From NCBI GenBank assembly GCA_010015585.1, contig ML975149.1: a stretch of 64,000 nt of DNA; one strand, 5' to 3'. Below the pieces are notes generated by a model. The model was not told where the DNA came from, did not search any database, and was given only the letters and a program-made list of their open reading frames with translations. Positions 48,601 to 61,400 of the stretch are shown here, piece by piece; positions within the stretch are counted from its first letter, which is position 1; the number at the start of each line of letters is the position of its first letter. The DNA is from Eremomyces bilateralis CBS 781.70. Taxonomy: Eukaryota. The translations under genes and the position numbers were made by a program.

Positions 48601-50447
48601 CATCGTTAAAAATATGTCGGGAGACAGGAATCATCGCACGGTAGCTTCAAGCTGCTTACCACGCCCAATCCAATACGGCCATGTGCGCGTAGACTCCCCG
48701 AACAACGAACAATAGTTCTGCAGGGCCTGGGATTCAGGAGTCATCCGCAAAAGTAGCACGGAGCTCCTCAAGAGAGAGATCACTTTTCTCAGGACGTTGA
48801 CGAACGAAGTAAGATGCATGGGTGCTAACCTGTTTCCAGGAAAGAGTGTTGAACAGGACATACCGTAGGCGCGGATGCTTCGTGAAACGACCATCGTGAA
48901 ACCTCATCAGATGCTTGATATATTCACGATACTTTACTTTCCGGAAACGGGAATGAACGAAGTCCCCAACACCGCACGGGAAGTAGCTTGGGAACGCCAG
49001 GCTTAGAAGAGCCTGAGAGTAGTTAAACTCAGATAGAGGAGTCAATCTAAACTCAGGCATCGCCAGATGCTCAGGTCGACGTTCCTGAGCGTCATCGACA
49101 TGCTGCCGAAGTCGCTCCATCTCCGTATGGGGCTGGAAGGGGATCCGGGACTACGGCGACGTATTCTGCCTCTTCTCCTGTATCGTCATCGCCGCCCCCT
49201 AGCACTTCCTCCTCCATAGTCTGGACGCCGACCACTTCCATAATACCATCATCAATAGGAAGATGCTGTAGGCGGCTAGGGTCCACGACGACATCGCGAT
49301 ATTCAGGATGGTGAACCTTTAGATGGGTTAATCACTGCTCACAACAGATATCTAGGGGGGTGAACCTTGAGATGGGTTAGCCACTGCTCAATGACAGTAC
49401 GGCGAACACGGTAGTCCCGTCGAAACTGACACTGCATACGGGGATCCTGATCCCAATTAGCAGGGCGAATGACAACGATCTAAAGGACTTTCGGATGGAG
49501 AGGTGGTCGATTGTATACGCGCCCCACGTCTCTCATGAAGTTGATGATATGCCCTGTATAGCGGTACTGAAGACCGTTAACCTTTCGGACCTCCACACCA
49601 CAATGGACATGAGCGATGAGGAGCTCCTCCACTTGAGATAACTCAGGAAGATCGTAATGCGACGGGCCCAGACCAGGATTTAAATGATTCTCTGCGGAAT
49701 ACAGCGGTGATAAATGGCCACGTTTCCTATCGTCGATTCTGCATCGATGGCATATACCGCCCACGAGACGCATATCAAACCATTTTCCGTCACATCGAGT
49801 GCAGTGGCCAAGGCGTAATTTGACCATCTCCTTGTGGAAGTTCTTGGCGTAGGCCCAATCTTGCTCAGAAAGATTTGCATCCTGGAGGTTGAATTTCGGG
49901 GACTGGTGATCAAAGCGAACATCACCGCGTTGGAGTGCTTCTGTGCGAGCGTCATCTCTCTGTTGGTGTGTGCGATCACGTTTCTCAGCCTGGCCCTGAC
50001 GTTGGGAAGCCCGGCCAAGGCGGGATCACGAAGGTGTTGATCGATAATAGGACTATCATGTCCAATAACTGGAGTGTCGTCACCATGACCACTAAGGCGA
50101 GGAGATTGTGTGGCAACGCGATATGACACACATTACAGATTCCATGCTCTTCACTAGTATCGTCGACAAATCGAGGAGTAGGAAGCTCGTGCCGTCCTAT
50201 GATGCAATACTTCATAGGCATATCAAAGTCTATACCGTTGTTGCAGTAGACCCGTCCGCGACGCTATGGAGTAAACCCCACATCCAGCCTCCAATTCTTG
50301 CAATTTTGCAATACAAGTGACTCGGCGCAAAATGAAGACCTGCCTGACCAGGACGGGGCGGTGGCGGTATACCGCCTTTCCAGAAGGCATAGTATATGCC
50401 ATGAAAAGCAAGTATTTGCGAGAGGAAGAGATGTCTCATAAGATATA

Positions 50448-52259
50448 AGTTCAACCCCCTGTCAAGTAGCCAACCACTCGAGTAGCCAGTATCACCATCT
50501 CAACCTCCATCGGTCAGACAGCAATATCTCTACTAAAACATATTATATTTGGAAATCTATACAGCATGATTCAAAAGATACAGCTTGGAGAGACTCTGAT
50601 GTAGATTTGGCCTCCGAAATTGGATGTCTTCGTTGGTAATCTTCCTCTACCGCTCGTACAGCTTCTTGTGCCAATTTGATCTCCCGAACTTGCGCAAACC
50701 TCTGATTAAGATCTATCTGAACTTTCTTTTTACGTTTTGGTGCTGTAGCAGCATCAAGGCGTGCCTGTAAGCCCGCGATTTTCAGATCTGATGAGGCCTG
50801 ACGCGCCTGTAGCACTCCGATCGCCTTGGCTGCCTTCTCTATATACGACTTCGTCGTCTTTGCCACGCGTGTATTCTTGCTAAGAACGCGTAATGCACTC
50901 TGTACCTGTTTTGGCTTGTAGGGCGTCGTCTGGAGAACGGAGGGGACTGGTATGGGGGTGCGTGGAGGCGTGTTTGGTGGTGGAATTGGTGGTGCGGTTA
51001 CGGTAGGCGGTGACGGTACAACGAAGCGGTTACTGAGGCCCTTTGACCGGTCAAACGGCACAAGTCCTGCAGCCTTCCACCCAGATCTGATTGTACGGTC
51101 GGTTAGGCGTGCCTGACGTGCCTCTGCATAGAGGACAATGAATCTCCGTCGTTTAATCGGTAGGGCCTCGTCGATATACGCGCTTTGGCGGAGGAGGGTC
51201 TTATAAAAGCGTTTTAGAGGCGAAAAACAGGCGAGATCCAGAGGTTGAAGGATATGGGAGGTATGTGCAGGTAGGAAGACCACGATTACGTTGTTTATCT
51301 TGCATTCGTACAAGAAATCGATGGTTGCGTGGCTACCGTGCCCGTCCATTAGCAGAATCCGGTACTGCCGCTGTGTAGCGGTTTCAGGCAGGAAAACCGT
51401 ACGGAGCCAAACCAACGCGTGTTGATTTGAAGTCCAGCCGTTCTCTGATACCGTATAATGGAAGTCTGGAGGTTGTTCAGGGAACCAAGAAGACTGTAAC
51501 GTGGCGCCTTTCTGTATAATCGCTGGTCTGATGTACTGGCCGGTCGCGGAGACAGTTTCAACGATACTAATCCATTCGCGGCCCATAGGACTAGTGATAT
51601 AGGCCGTTGACTTCTGCGAGTCTGCGATAACCGTAGAATTAGCGCAAATCCCTAGTCCTATACCAACCTCATCCATATTCCAGGTATCAGAGGGGTGGAC
51701 ATCGTACTGAGTTTGAACTTGGTGAAAATACGTGTAGAACGCGTCGATTGTATCCTTAGTTGCAGCCTGACGTCGGGCAACATCAAGACTACGCCCGATA
51801 CAGGTCGCAACGCGTGGATTACGGTGTAGGAAACGCGTTACCCAGTTCTTCCCGAGGGGCGTTGAGTCTCCTTGGAGGCGTAGAACTCGAGATGCCATTT
51901 CGCGAAGCCGTGCGTGAGTAGGGGGGAATCCTTGAGCGTCATTTTCAAGTATCCAGTCGACTAAAAAGGATTCTTGGTCCGGTGTAAGGCGTTGGCGAGA
52001 TTGTTGAGCTACTACGCGTGGTAGGCGGCCTTTTAAGCGGGTTTGAAGGGTGCGTCGGTTGACCTTGAATAGCGCCGCAGCTTCGTTTTGTGATTTGCAT
52101 TGACCGGTCTGTAAGGCATCAATAGCCTGTTGGACCGGGTCTTCCGAGTTTGGTATCATGATATTGTACGGTGGTGGAGATATCGCGGTTAGAGAGATGG
52201 TGATAGAGGTGGTGATACTGGCTACTCGAGTGGTTGGCTACTTGACAGGGGGTTGAACT
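50448..52259 (-). mobile_element. Intact Tc1/mariner pogo (Fot1-like) DNA transposon, 1812 bp
   Basis: Perfect 50-bp TIRs AGTTCAACCCCCTGTCAAGTAGCCAACCACTCGAGTAGCCAGTATCACCA; TA target duplication at 50446-50447 and 52260-52261. Confidence 0.97.
50543..52159 (-). CDS. pogo/Fot1-type DDE transposase, 538 aa
   Basis: HTH-psq and CENP-B HTH (LGKNWVTRFLHR), WNMDEVG, LMDGHGSH, LPAHTSHILQPLD. Confidence 0.96.
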   Translation of the reverse strand: MIPNSEDPVQQAIDALQTGQCKSQNEAAALFKVNRRTLQTRLKGRLPRVVAQQSRQRLTPDQESFLVDWILENDAQGFPPTHARLREMASRVLRLQGDSTPLGKNWVTRFLHRNPRVATCIGRSLDVARRQAATKDTIDAFYTYFHQVQTQYDVHPSDTWNMDEVGIGLGICANSTVIADSQKSTAYITSPMGREWISIVETVSATGQYIRPAIIQKGATLQSSWFPEQPPDFHYTVSENGWTSNQHALVWLRTVFLPETATQRQYRILLMDGHGSHATIDFLYECKINNVIVVFLPAHTSHILQPLDLACFSPLKRFYKTLLRQSAYIDEALPIKRRRFIVLYAEARQARLTDRTIRSGWKAAGLVPFDRSKGLSNRFVVPSPPTVTAPPIPPPNTPPRTPIPVPSVLQTTPYKPKQVQSALRVLSKNTRVAKTTKSYIEKAAKAIGVLQARQASSDLKIAGLQARLDAATAPKRKKKVQIDLNQRFAQVREIKLAQEAVRAVEEDYQRRHPISEAKSTSESLQAVSFESCCIDFQI

Positions 52260-53417
52260 TAGTAGTAGATAGGAAGAGGAAGTGACCAATCAGACGACGT
52301 GCAGCAAAAGTGACTTGCCCATTTAATTAGGTTCTTCGCTACGCTCGTGATAATGGGTTAGCTTGGCAGCTTGGATAGACTGCCAAGTGATTCCCTGCCC
52401 ATTTAGGTTATACGCTACGCTCTTGGTAGCAGGCCAGCTTGGCACCTTGTATGGTTTGCCAAGTGATTCCACTCTTTGCATTATAAATAGTTCCTGTATT
52501 ACATCATGCCAAAACCAGACCTGTCCGTCCGACCACGTCCCTTCAACATCCTCGACGGTGAAATGCCTCAACTTGGCGATGTAACAATGCAAACTGCCAA
52601 CATATGCTGCATAACCTATGAGCCTTGATATTTGACACAAAAGAACAACACGCACTTGGCCCACGTATTAAGATCGTCATGTATCCCTCCCGAACTGGCC
52701 TCATTGCTGAGGCTTGCTGTGGATACCGTTGTTCATACTCTCAAGCTGGAATCGATCAATCGGGTGATCTGACCTTCATCAGCCAAGCAGCTACAATGAG
52801 AGGTCGACGACAAACTTGAACGGAATTACGGGCTCGCTTTCCCCGGTTGCCTCTTTACACGATAGTCCGCAACCGGGGGAGTGAGATATGGGTCTTTCTC
52901 CCGTCTCAAAGATGTATTCTGGTAGTAGATGAATGGATATTTTGAGCTTCTGCAATTCCCTTTTCTATGGTGATGCAATGATATTGTCCCACAAGGTTTG
53001 TCGTCCAAAAGCTTCTCTAAATCAACATTCTCTTCAAATCCGAGTCTATATGACGCAGCGGAGTTGGCGCACTATCCATCGTTCCCGTCCTATCATTTCC
53101 AGAACTGGAGGAAGGATTGTAAGGCTGAGGGCTTCCCGAATGTCTGCAGATCCTCATCACCAGCCGCAGGGCCTGGAGCCCACCAGGTTGGCGCACTGCC
53201 TGTCTTGACGTCTTAGCCTTCAAATCCTTGCCGAACTGAGAATTGACTTGCAAAACTGAGCGAGATCCTGCTAATTTTAAGAAAATCGTCACCATCTCCC
53301 AATTCAATTTCTGGGGTATATTAAGGTCATATCTTCAGTACTTTCAGGTCAATTGCTTGTCCAGCACACTTCTGTCTCCTCAGCCATTGTGTACAAATTC
53401 TACAACTTCTTCATTCT

Positions 53418-55324
53418 ATGACTTTACTCCTCATGAGATCCATCGAGATAGCCGCTTTGGCGGTCTCCGCACTGCTTTCCGGCACTTCAGCCAGTCCGTT
53501 ACAACAAAGGAACAATGGACCAATGGTCTACGGATTTGATGAGATACAACCGTCTCCGGAACTAATATGGACCTCCTGTTTTGATAACTTCACCTGTGCG
53601 ATGCTCGAGGTAAGAAGTCCACCCCTATCTATTGCTCTGCTGACTGGCAACCTAGGTACCACTGGATTATACAGATCCAAGCATAGGGTCTACCAATGTC
53701 GCTTTCATCAAAAAGCCTTCATCAAATACCACAGCTATCGATCTTTTCGCGCAGCCAGGTAAGCACAGGATGACTTGTTTCTACCCCCTCCCACTGATGC
53801 ACTCCAAGGCGGTCCCGGTGGCTCTGGGGTTTCCACGATTCTTGAATGGGCCGAAACCTTTCCGCACAACGGTTTGGGTTCGCAGTACCATCTAATCGGC
53901 TTCGACCCTCGCGGGGTGAATCGAAGTGGCATCGAACTCGAATGTTTCCCTGGCAACCCCGCTGCCAAATTACGTTTCAGCCAAGATGTTCTTGATCGGC
54001 CGGTAGACGATTCTTCTCGAGGTTCACTGTACCAGGCCTGGGAGCTGAGCCGCGGATGGGGTGAGCGATGCACTGCGGTCCAAGACCCCAAGTTGCCGAA
54101 AAAATATGCGAATACTGTCGCGGTCGCGAACGACGTGCTCCGCTTCACGGAGCTGAATGCCAAAAATCTTGGGCACCCGCCTGAAGAAGCGAAGGTCTGG
54201 TTTTACGGTCGCAGTTATGGCACGGTGCTTGGCGCGACAATCGCAGCGCTCTTTCCGGATCGAATCGGGAGGATGATTTTGGATGGAGTCGTTGACGCTG
54301 ACGACTACTACGGAGGGGGATGGGCGACCGCCGTTGCAGACGCCGATCAGAGCGCGAGGACCTTCTTCACATCCTGCTATGAAGCCGGGCCAGAACTCTG
54401 CGCCTTCTACGGCAACGCTTCCAGCGCGGAGGACATCGAACTACGAGTGTTCAATATCTTCGATGATCTCCGAGAATATCCAATTCTGATTTCCGACCCA
54501 CTGATGTCGTCCACGCCGCTCCTGGTGGGAGTGTCGGAGCTCAAAGCATTCTTTTTCAACGCCCTGTATAATGCCGTCCAGAACTTCCCCGCCCTCGCGC
54601 TCGTCCTCGATGAATTAGAGCACCGAAATGCCACCACTTTGTCCATCGCCGGGGGAAGAGTGGCGCTGGGGATCCCGATGAACACCACGGACGATACATA
54701 TACCCCGGGATTTGCTAGAACGCACATCGCGTGCATCGATGCGAACGGTCGCTACAATCTATCTACATTCGAGGAGTACCAGCGCCACGTCGAGTTCCAG
54801 GTCAATCTGAGCTTCTTCGGCGGGAACACGATGGCGTCCATCGTCACCACTCCATGCCGGGGTTTTGGCATCCAGCCACCCGAAAGCCAGGTCATGAACA
54901 GTAGGGCACCAGCGATTGTCTAGTGATCTCACATGCACGAAGCTAATCGAACCGCTCCAGTTCCCGTCTCCTCCGACCACACCAACGTTCCCATCCTTTT
55001 CGTCGGGAACACGAACGACCCCGTCACGCCGCTGCGCAGCGCACAGCGGATGTCCTCGCAATTCGCCGGTTCCGGTGTCCTGACCGTCGACGGCACAGGT
55101 GTAAGTTCTCCCATGCTCTACTGCAGACTATGTCGGCATATTCTAACCTTTGCTTCTAGCACACCTCGCGCGGGGCACCGTCGAAGTGTACCGCGGACCA
55201 CTACGCCGCGTATCTCGCCTCAGGCACGCTTCCGCCACCGGATACGGTGTGCAAAGGAGATTTGATACCGTTCGTGGATAGAGCGGGGGCTGGAGGGGGT
55301 GCGGGGCCTATTGAAACTGTTTAA
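53418..55324 (+). CDS. Secreted alpha/beta hydrolase, tripeptidyl-aminopeptidase (TAP)-like S33 family, multi-exon
   Basis: Signal peptide; CAMLEVPLDY, GGPGGSG, GFDPRGV, GRSYGT, RMILDGV, ILFVGNTNDPVTP, G.G-H. Confidence 0.9.
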
Positions 55325-56037
55325 ACGATGGGTAATGTAGATATGTCACTAGAATTTTAGAGGTAGTTGATATAGGATTTGAATTCACAAGCACGCGACT
55401 GTTTTCTGAATACTATACTGCCGGAGTTGGCGGTGAGAATGGTGCCTTGTTCCCGCTTCAGAGGACATGTCAACATATTCATTCCTACATGCTATGCTTT
55501 CGTTGCCTGGGCTGATCGTCCGCAGGTGTAAAGCCAAAGATCCTGGAGAGAATAAGGACATGGCGCGAGTATCTTCCCAGTGTTACCGTGGTCATATGGC
55601 TTTGTTTTCAAGGTCGTTACAATTCACCGAACACCATGAAACCCATCGTCAAATAAAACAGCTTCTCAGAAACTAAACTAAGGTACTTACAAGTTAAAGC
55701 GCGTAGTGTCCATGATGTTCCCGTATCCGACCCGACCCATTTTCGCATCACTCGAACAATATGATGGCGTTCCAAATATACTGGCAATTTTGGTTGTTGC
55801 GTGAGAGAAAAAAAGAACGCTGACAGCACGACTGAAACTCAATATTCGTCTTCTCCAGTCCATCATCCGCCTGCTCATGCGTTCGTCATCGTTGCAGACT
55901 GCAATTAGTGGTACGGTACTTTGCACAAACCGCCTGCTTTTCCGCAGTGCGGATCGATTGCGTTGCTATTACCGGCACCTCCTCACAGGTTCTCAACTCC
56001 ACCTCGTAGTGGATTCCAGCTCATCGACAGTAGACCC

Positions 56038-57865
56038 CTAGAAACTAGCCACCGGAATCGACGGCTCCGCCCCCGACGTTACCCCCTCTACCACTACCGG
56101 CTCCTCCCTCGGCGCCCTCGGAAAATCCCCCTCCTTCACGCCCACTGGCTTCTTCTCCCCAACGTTCCCATTCCCCCTCTGCCTCGCACCGCCGACCAAC
56201 TCCTGCGCCTTCGCTGTATACTCCCCGGCGACGCTCCTCGCCAGCTCCGAATACTGCCCCGCACGCTCCGCGGCGAGCAAACGCATCTGCTGCGCCTGGT
56301 CAGAGACGAGGTCGGAGGCGCGCTGCAGGTGGGCGTCGATGAAGGGCTTGTTTTGGAGGTAGATCAGCGGGGCGAGGTAGGCGGTGGAGGTGGCGAGGAG
56401 GGCGAGGCCCCAGAGGGGGAGCCATTTGATGAGGAAGTAGGAGAGGAAGGTGGAGAGGAAGGCCTATAGGGAAGGGGGTTAGCTTTTGGGTGGATGGAGG
56501 AAAATTGGGGATGGGATGAGGCGGGGGGGATGGGGTGACGGGAAGGGGAGGGAAGGAAGATTTGACATACCCCGAGCGTCACGTAGATGTTCTCCGCGAA
56601 GACGACACGCTGGAACTCAATGACCACGAAATTCACCAGCTGGCCGAAGTCGTCGGTAAACCGCTCCAGCGAGTCCCTTGGGATGATGAAGTAGCGATTC
56701 GGCCTCAGCTGCGTTACGAATCCGTTTCCGAACACCGATCGTCCCACGATCTCAGCGCTGGCAGTGACTACGAACATGTCAGCCCCGACACTTTCAGATA
56801 TAAAATTTGGTCCAACGTACTTCCGAGCACCATGTAGAGACCCTTGAACGCATAGCGAAGGATGTTGAGGTAGCGAGCGGCGAAGATGAGGAGAACGTTC
56901 GCGGCGAAGGTGATGGCGGTGGCACGGGGGTTCTTCCACTATTTCTAATATCAGCATCGCATGATCGTGATTGGGGTGAACGGATATTCGTACGCTGAGC
57001 AGCCGGTAGAGCATCGAATGATAATCTATAACACCATAACATTAGCTATGCCCGTAACCAAAAAGTTATTGATATCCAAATCACATACGGGTCAACGGCT
57101 GGCCAGTAGCAGCAGGCTGCTCAGGCGTGGTCCGCGAGTTCGCCAAATCTTGGAACTCGGCCGACGCCTTCCCAGTTTGCTCTTTGACGCCCTGAGCGAT
57201 GGGGCCTAGGTGATGTTAGAAGTCTCGCACTAAAAACCAGCATTGCAGACGGTAAACTAGATTCGACGGAAATACATTAGCGAGGAGGTCCCAAGAGTCA
57301 ATATGACATGATGCCAGGAGGCGTAGAAATTTACTCACCTCACCCTCGGTCAGTGAGTGCTTGACGTCTTTGACGGTCGGGTTGTTTTGGGCTGACTCCA
57401 TGGTCTCGCGAGCGGCTGGGGGATGATCAGCTATGGGTATTTCCTGTACGATATTCGGAATTTCGAGAGACGGTGGTAGTGTTGTCGTCGTTGAGAATCG
57501 TAGTTGGCGAGAGAGACAAATGTTGAGGAAGATAAGGTGGAGTGGAAGGCAGGGTTGGTTACTGGAATAAATCTGGTTGTTAGCTCACACGACACACAGC
57601 TCTGGCTTCCTTGCTTGGGTGCTGTTGCTTGGGGTTTCACATGCAAACAAATTATCAAAAATGATAATAATGTCTCAATAATAAAACGAGACGAGCAGGG
57701 GGAGCTTGGAGCAACTGGGCTTGGGGCAACTGGGCTCTTTCTCCCTCGCTTTCTTCTGCTTTCTGGCTGGACGTTACACACCTTACAGTTCATCATATTT
57801 TGAACGACGTTGCCATCTTGTGGCTCTGCGGGAGTGGGAATTGCCCGAGGATGCACGTCTGCCAT
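56038..57865 (-). CDS. Reticulon-like ER membrane protein, multi-exon
   Basis: YHSMLYRLLS-WKNPRATAI; NFVVIEFQRVVFAENI; LAPLIYLQNKPFIDAHL. Exon 1 (MADV...MMN) splices in frame over an intron of about 370 nt. Confidence 0.88.
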
Positions 57866-57866
57866 T

Positions 57867-57919
57867 TTGGTGACTTGGTGACTTGGTAACTTGGTAACTT
57901 GGTAACTTGGTGATTTGGT
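57867..57919. repeat. 8-bp tandem repeat (TTGGT[G/A]AC) x about 6, directly upstream of the reticulon ATG
   Basis: Directly visible. Confidence 0.85.
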
Positions 57920-58487
57920 TATTCGTGATGCTTTGGTGCTTCTGGTAGGATGATGTCAAGCTTGTGTAAATAAACTCTCAACACAGGAACGAAAGGTAGA
58001 TCCGAAGCGATAGAGATATTGAAGAGGACACGATAGAGGCTGCAGCTGCAGAGAAGATGATTCAAAAAGGACAGATTGTATTTAAGAATCTCGAAAGCGG
58101 CAGGAATTTCGGTGAAAGTATTTTTGTAGAGAGACGTGTTCCACATCCTGTTTGGCACACGACCCTTTTTTGGCGTATGACGTATCCGTTCACTCCACAA
58201 CCCTGAGTCCCTGATAGCAACATAGGGCTGCTAGGTCCACCAGACCCTGGAGGTGATCGAGTTCTCGTATCAGATCACCATTAATTCTAGCTACCTATAG
58301 TCACTAGGGTGTCGACACTATCGGGAATTGCAGGGAAGCTTGGAGCTCGCTAGCATCAGATTATTGCTGCGAAGTTTATGGTAGCCGTTGTATTAGGCAC
58401 TACGTTGGACTCATCTCCAGATGTCCCTGATCCGTTTCTACAGGAAGTAGTTAGCCCGACCACTCCCGTCCCATGAATCCCGCTCTC

Positions 58488-61400
58488 CTAAAGAAACCCC
58501 AACCCCACCCCCCCAATACTCTCCAAATCCCCCCTCACCACCCACGCCTCCGCCCCCACCTTCCCACATCCCTCCCCCCTCCGCTGCCCACTCAACTCCC
58601 CCCACCGCCCCAACAAAGACCCATCCAACACCCCCCGACTCCCAAACCCCTCGCTTTCCACCGCCCGGTACGCCCGCGCGTTCAGCCCGCACGCCGCGTC
58701 CACCACGTTGCCGAGGTACGTCTGCACGGCGCTGAGGCGGCGGTAGGCGTCTTCGGAGAGGGAGGTGAGCAGGGCGAGGGAGCCGGAGTGGGTAGATTGG
58801 AGAATTTGGTGGGCGGGAGGGGGGGGGGAAGGGGGAGGGGTGTGGTTGCCGTTGGGGATGGGGGAGGGGAAAGGTTTGTGGGGGTACGGGAGGAGAGAGA
58901 GTTTGGTGGAGAAGTGGCCGGTGTGGAAGGTGCTGCGGGGGAGGAGGCGTTGGCCGGAGAGGGATTTGGGGTCTGGGAAGGGTTAGCATAAGCTGAAGGG
59001 AATGGGAGGGAGACTTGCCTTCAGGATCGAATTGGAGGACGTGGAGATTGCAGTCGGGGTCGGTGAGGATGAGGTAGAGCTGTTTGTCAACGGGGAGGAA
59101 TTCGGCGTTGGTGACTTCGAGTTTGGTTTTCGTCTTGCCGAACAAGATCATTCGGTATGGTTGTTCCTGTTGCGGTAATCAGCATCATCATTCCAACTGT
59201 GACGCACAGTGCAAGACTTACCGTATATCCAACGAGCCATAACCCTTTGATGAGGTCTCCAGCCATCACCAGCCCGCTCCCTCGCAGCGTCTTCGCCACC
59301 GTCGCATAGCAGTTGATATCCAAGAACGCCACCGGCAACAACGAATTATCCTCCTTCAACCCCCTCACCATCATCTTCTGTCCCTGTGCCACCAGCACAT
59401 ACCCCTCCGCCCCGATCTCCGACACCGCCGTCACCGCCCCCTTCACCTCCTCCCGCACCACGAGCCGCAACTTCTGCCCCGTCTCCGGCCGCCCGGGCTC
59501 CGGCACCACGTCGATCACCTCGAAGATATACACCGCGCCCTTCATCGCAAGATCCTCGCCGCGGATCATCGCCGTTCCTACCCCCACCATCTGCCGCCGC
59601 TCGTGCGTGTTCTCGTTCACCTCCAGATTCATCGATTCCATGCATATCACCACTTCGTTCGTCTCCAGCTCGTGGTCGTCGATCACGACCCACGTCTCCG
59701 GATGCACCAGCTTCACGTAACCCTGCTCCACCTGCGGCAGGAATGCCGTCCCTTCCTTGCTCCACTCATGGTGCATCTCGTCATCGGGCAACTTGAACCC
59801 CCGCTTCTCGCTGCATCCCACTACGTAGTTATGGTGCACGGGGTCATAGCAAACCTGCCGCGCGTCCATCCCCAGCGGCACGCGCCGACACGCCCAGCCG
59901 ATGTCGCCGAACCGCGTGTGCGCCGGCAGTTGGCAGAAGCGGATGACGCCGGCGCGGTCGAGGTAGGCGAAGCCACGGTCGCAGTCGGCGGTGTGGAATT
60001 CGGTGAGGCTGATGGCGGCGGGGACGGCGAGGGGGAGGAATTTGGGGACGGACGAGGTTTCTTTGAAGGTGGCGAGAGGGACCTGGCCGGAGCGTGACAC
60101 GATGGAGTAGCCGGCGACGTTTTTTAGGAGGCGCAGGGTGTTTAGGCTATGTTCACCTTCGGGTCGCGAGGAGTCTTCTTCAGTGCGGGAGAATTCGTGG
60201 GAGACTTTCTGCCAGCGGAGGGAGTTGGTGAAGGGTTGGGTGGTGTCGGGGGTAGAGGTGTGGTATGGCCGGTAGGTTATGATATCGTCCAGCTCGTTTA
60301 GCAGGAAGAGATGTGGGGATTTGGAGATATCGTCGCCAATATCTGCCATGAGGACTTGTGTCAAGTTGTCTTTTGCGATGGACCGGCGAACCGCTTGATC
60401 CGAGGAAAGAATCGATGGAAGGGACACAATGTTCTCCACGCTCCACAGGGGGGTTGCTAGGTTGTTAACGTCGAAGATACACAGCGCACCGTCTTGGCCG
60501 ACCAGGAACGCCGTGTGCTTCTCCTGCGAGAAACTTGATCGATATAAGCAGCCCGAAACCCACTTCGTCGCCTTGAACGTATCTCCTCGCTCTTTCTCAT
60601 CAATGTCGCCGTTCTGATCCGCTTCAAGCACCATGCAGCTTCCATCGTCTCGGATAACAAGGACGTAGGGATCGCAGAAGCTGCAACTCAAGACGTTCAG
60701 CTCGGCCGAGGTCTCTTCGTCTTCCATTGGCATGATCTGCTGTAGCGCCAGCTCTGAATCGTAGCTGCGTATTTCCGTGTTAAGGACCTGTACGATCCGC
60801 GTGTTATTCGCGAGTAACCCAACCTCGATCGCCGCTCCCGCGTCGACTTCAAAGTCTCCTTGCGTCGTCTCTTCCAGGCCGTTGGGCGTGACGGTGTACA
60901 CCAGTGTCTCCTCTGTGCCATCGTCCGTCGATTTGGAAACGAACATGTAGCGATCGTAGTCTGCGTCTACCGACAGGTTCGTTTCCTTATCCTGCGCACT
61001 GATCGCTGCAAATCCTTTCTGCGCCGGTTTTCTGGCGTGTATTGCCCAGAGACCTTTCGCGTCTGCCACGCGGCTTTCCCGTTGGACAACAGGGTGTATC
61101 GATCGATTGAGGATTGCGAGACCACTGGATTCCCCCCCTCCATATGCCGCAACAAGATCCAGCGGCTCATTTGCCTCCTGGCCTGCACCCCCATGAATAG
61201 TGGGGCCGGAACTACTGCCTATGGCGAAGTCGTGGATAGGAGCTATGCTTGGCAGGGTGTCATGGATCCTGAATTTTAAGTCCGCGATCGATCCCGTGCC
61301 AAGCTCTCCGGATGATCTTCGCTCTTGGGGCTTGCTTTCTGCGGCGTACAGGTCGTCGTCTTCGTCGTCATCCTCTTCTTCGATATCGGACATATCGTCT

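Larger units (their letters stand above)
48200..52269 (-). mobile_element. Degenerate, 3'-truncated Helitron (DUF6570 plus Rep-domain remnants), interrupted by a pogo element near its 5' end
   Basis: LPELSQVEELLIA...QYRYTGHIINF; LSEFN..LLSLAFPSYFP.G.GDF...KHLMRFHDGRF..HPRLRY; IFLTMLAADYHWDDL; RYEWQGRGSPH. Many stops and frameshifts; no helicase motifs seen. Confidence 0.8.

Noticed and set aside
52323..53307. ORFs right of the pogo element as Helitron cargo
   Set aside because: They lie outside the inferred Helitron 5' end and have no recognisable domain.
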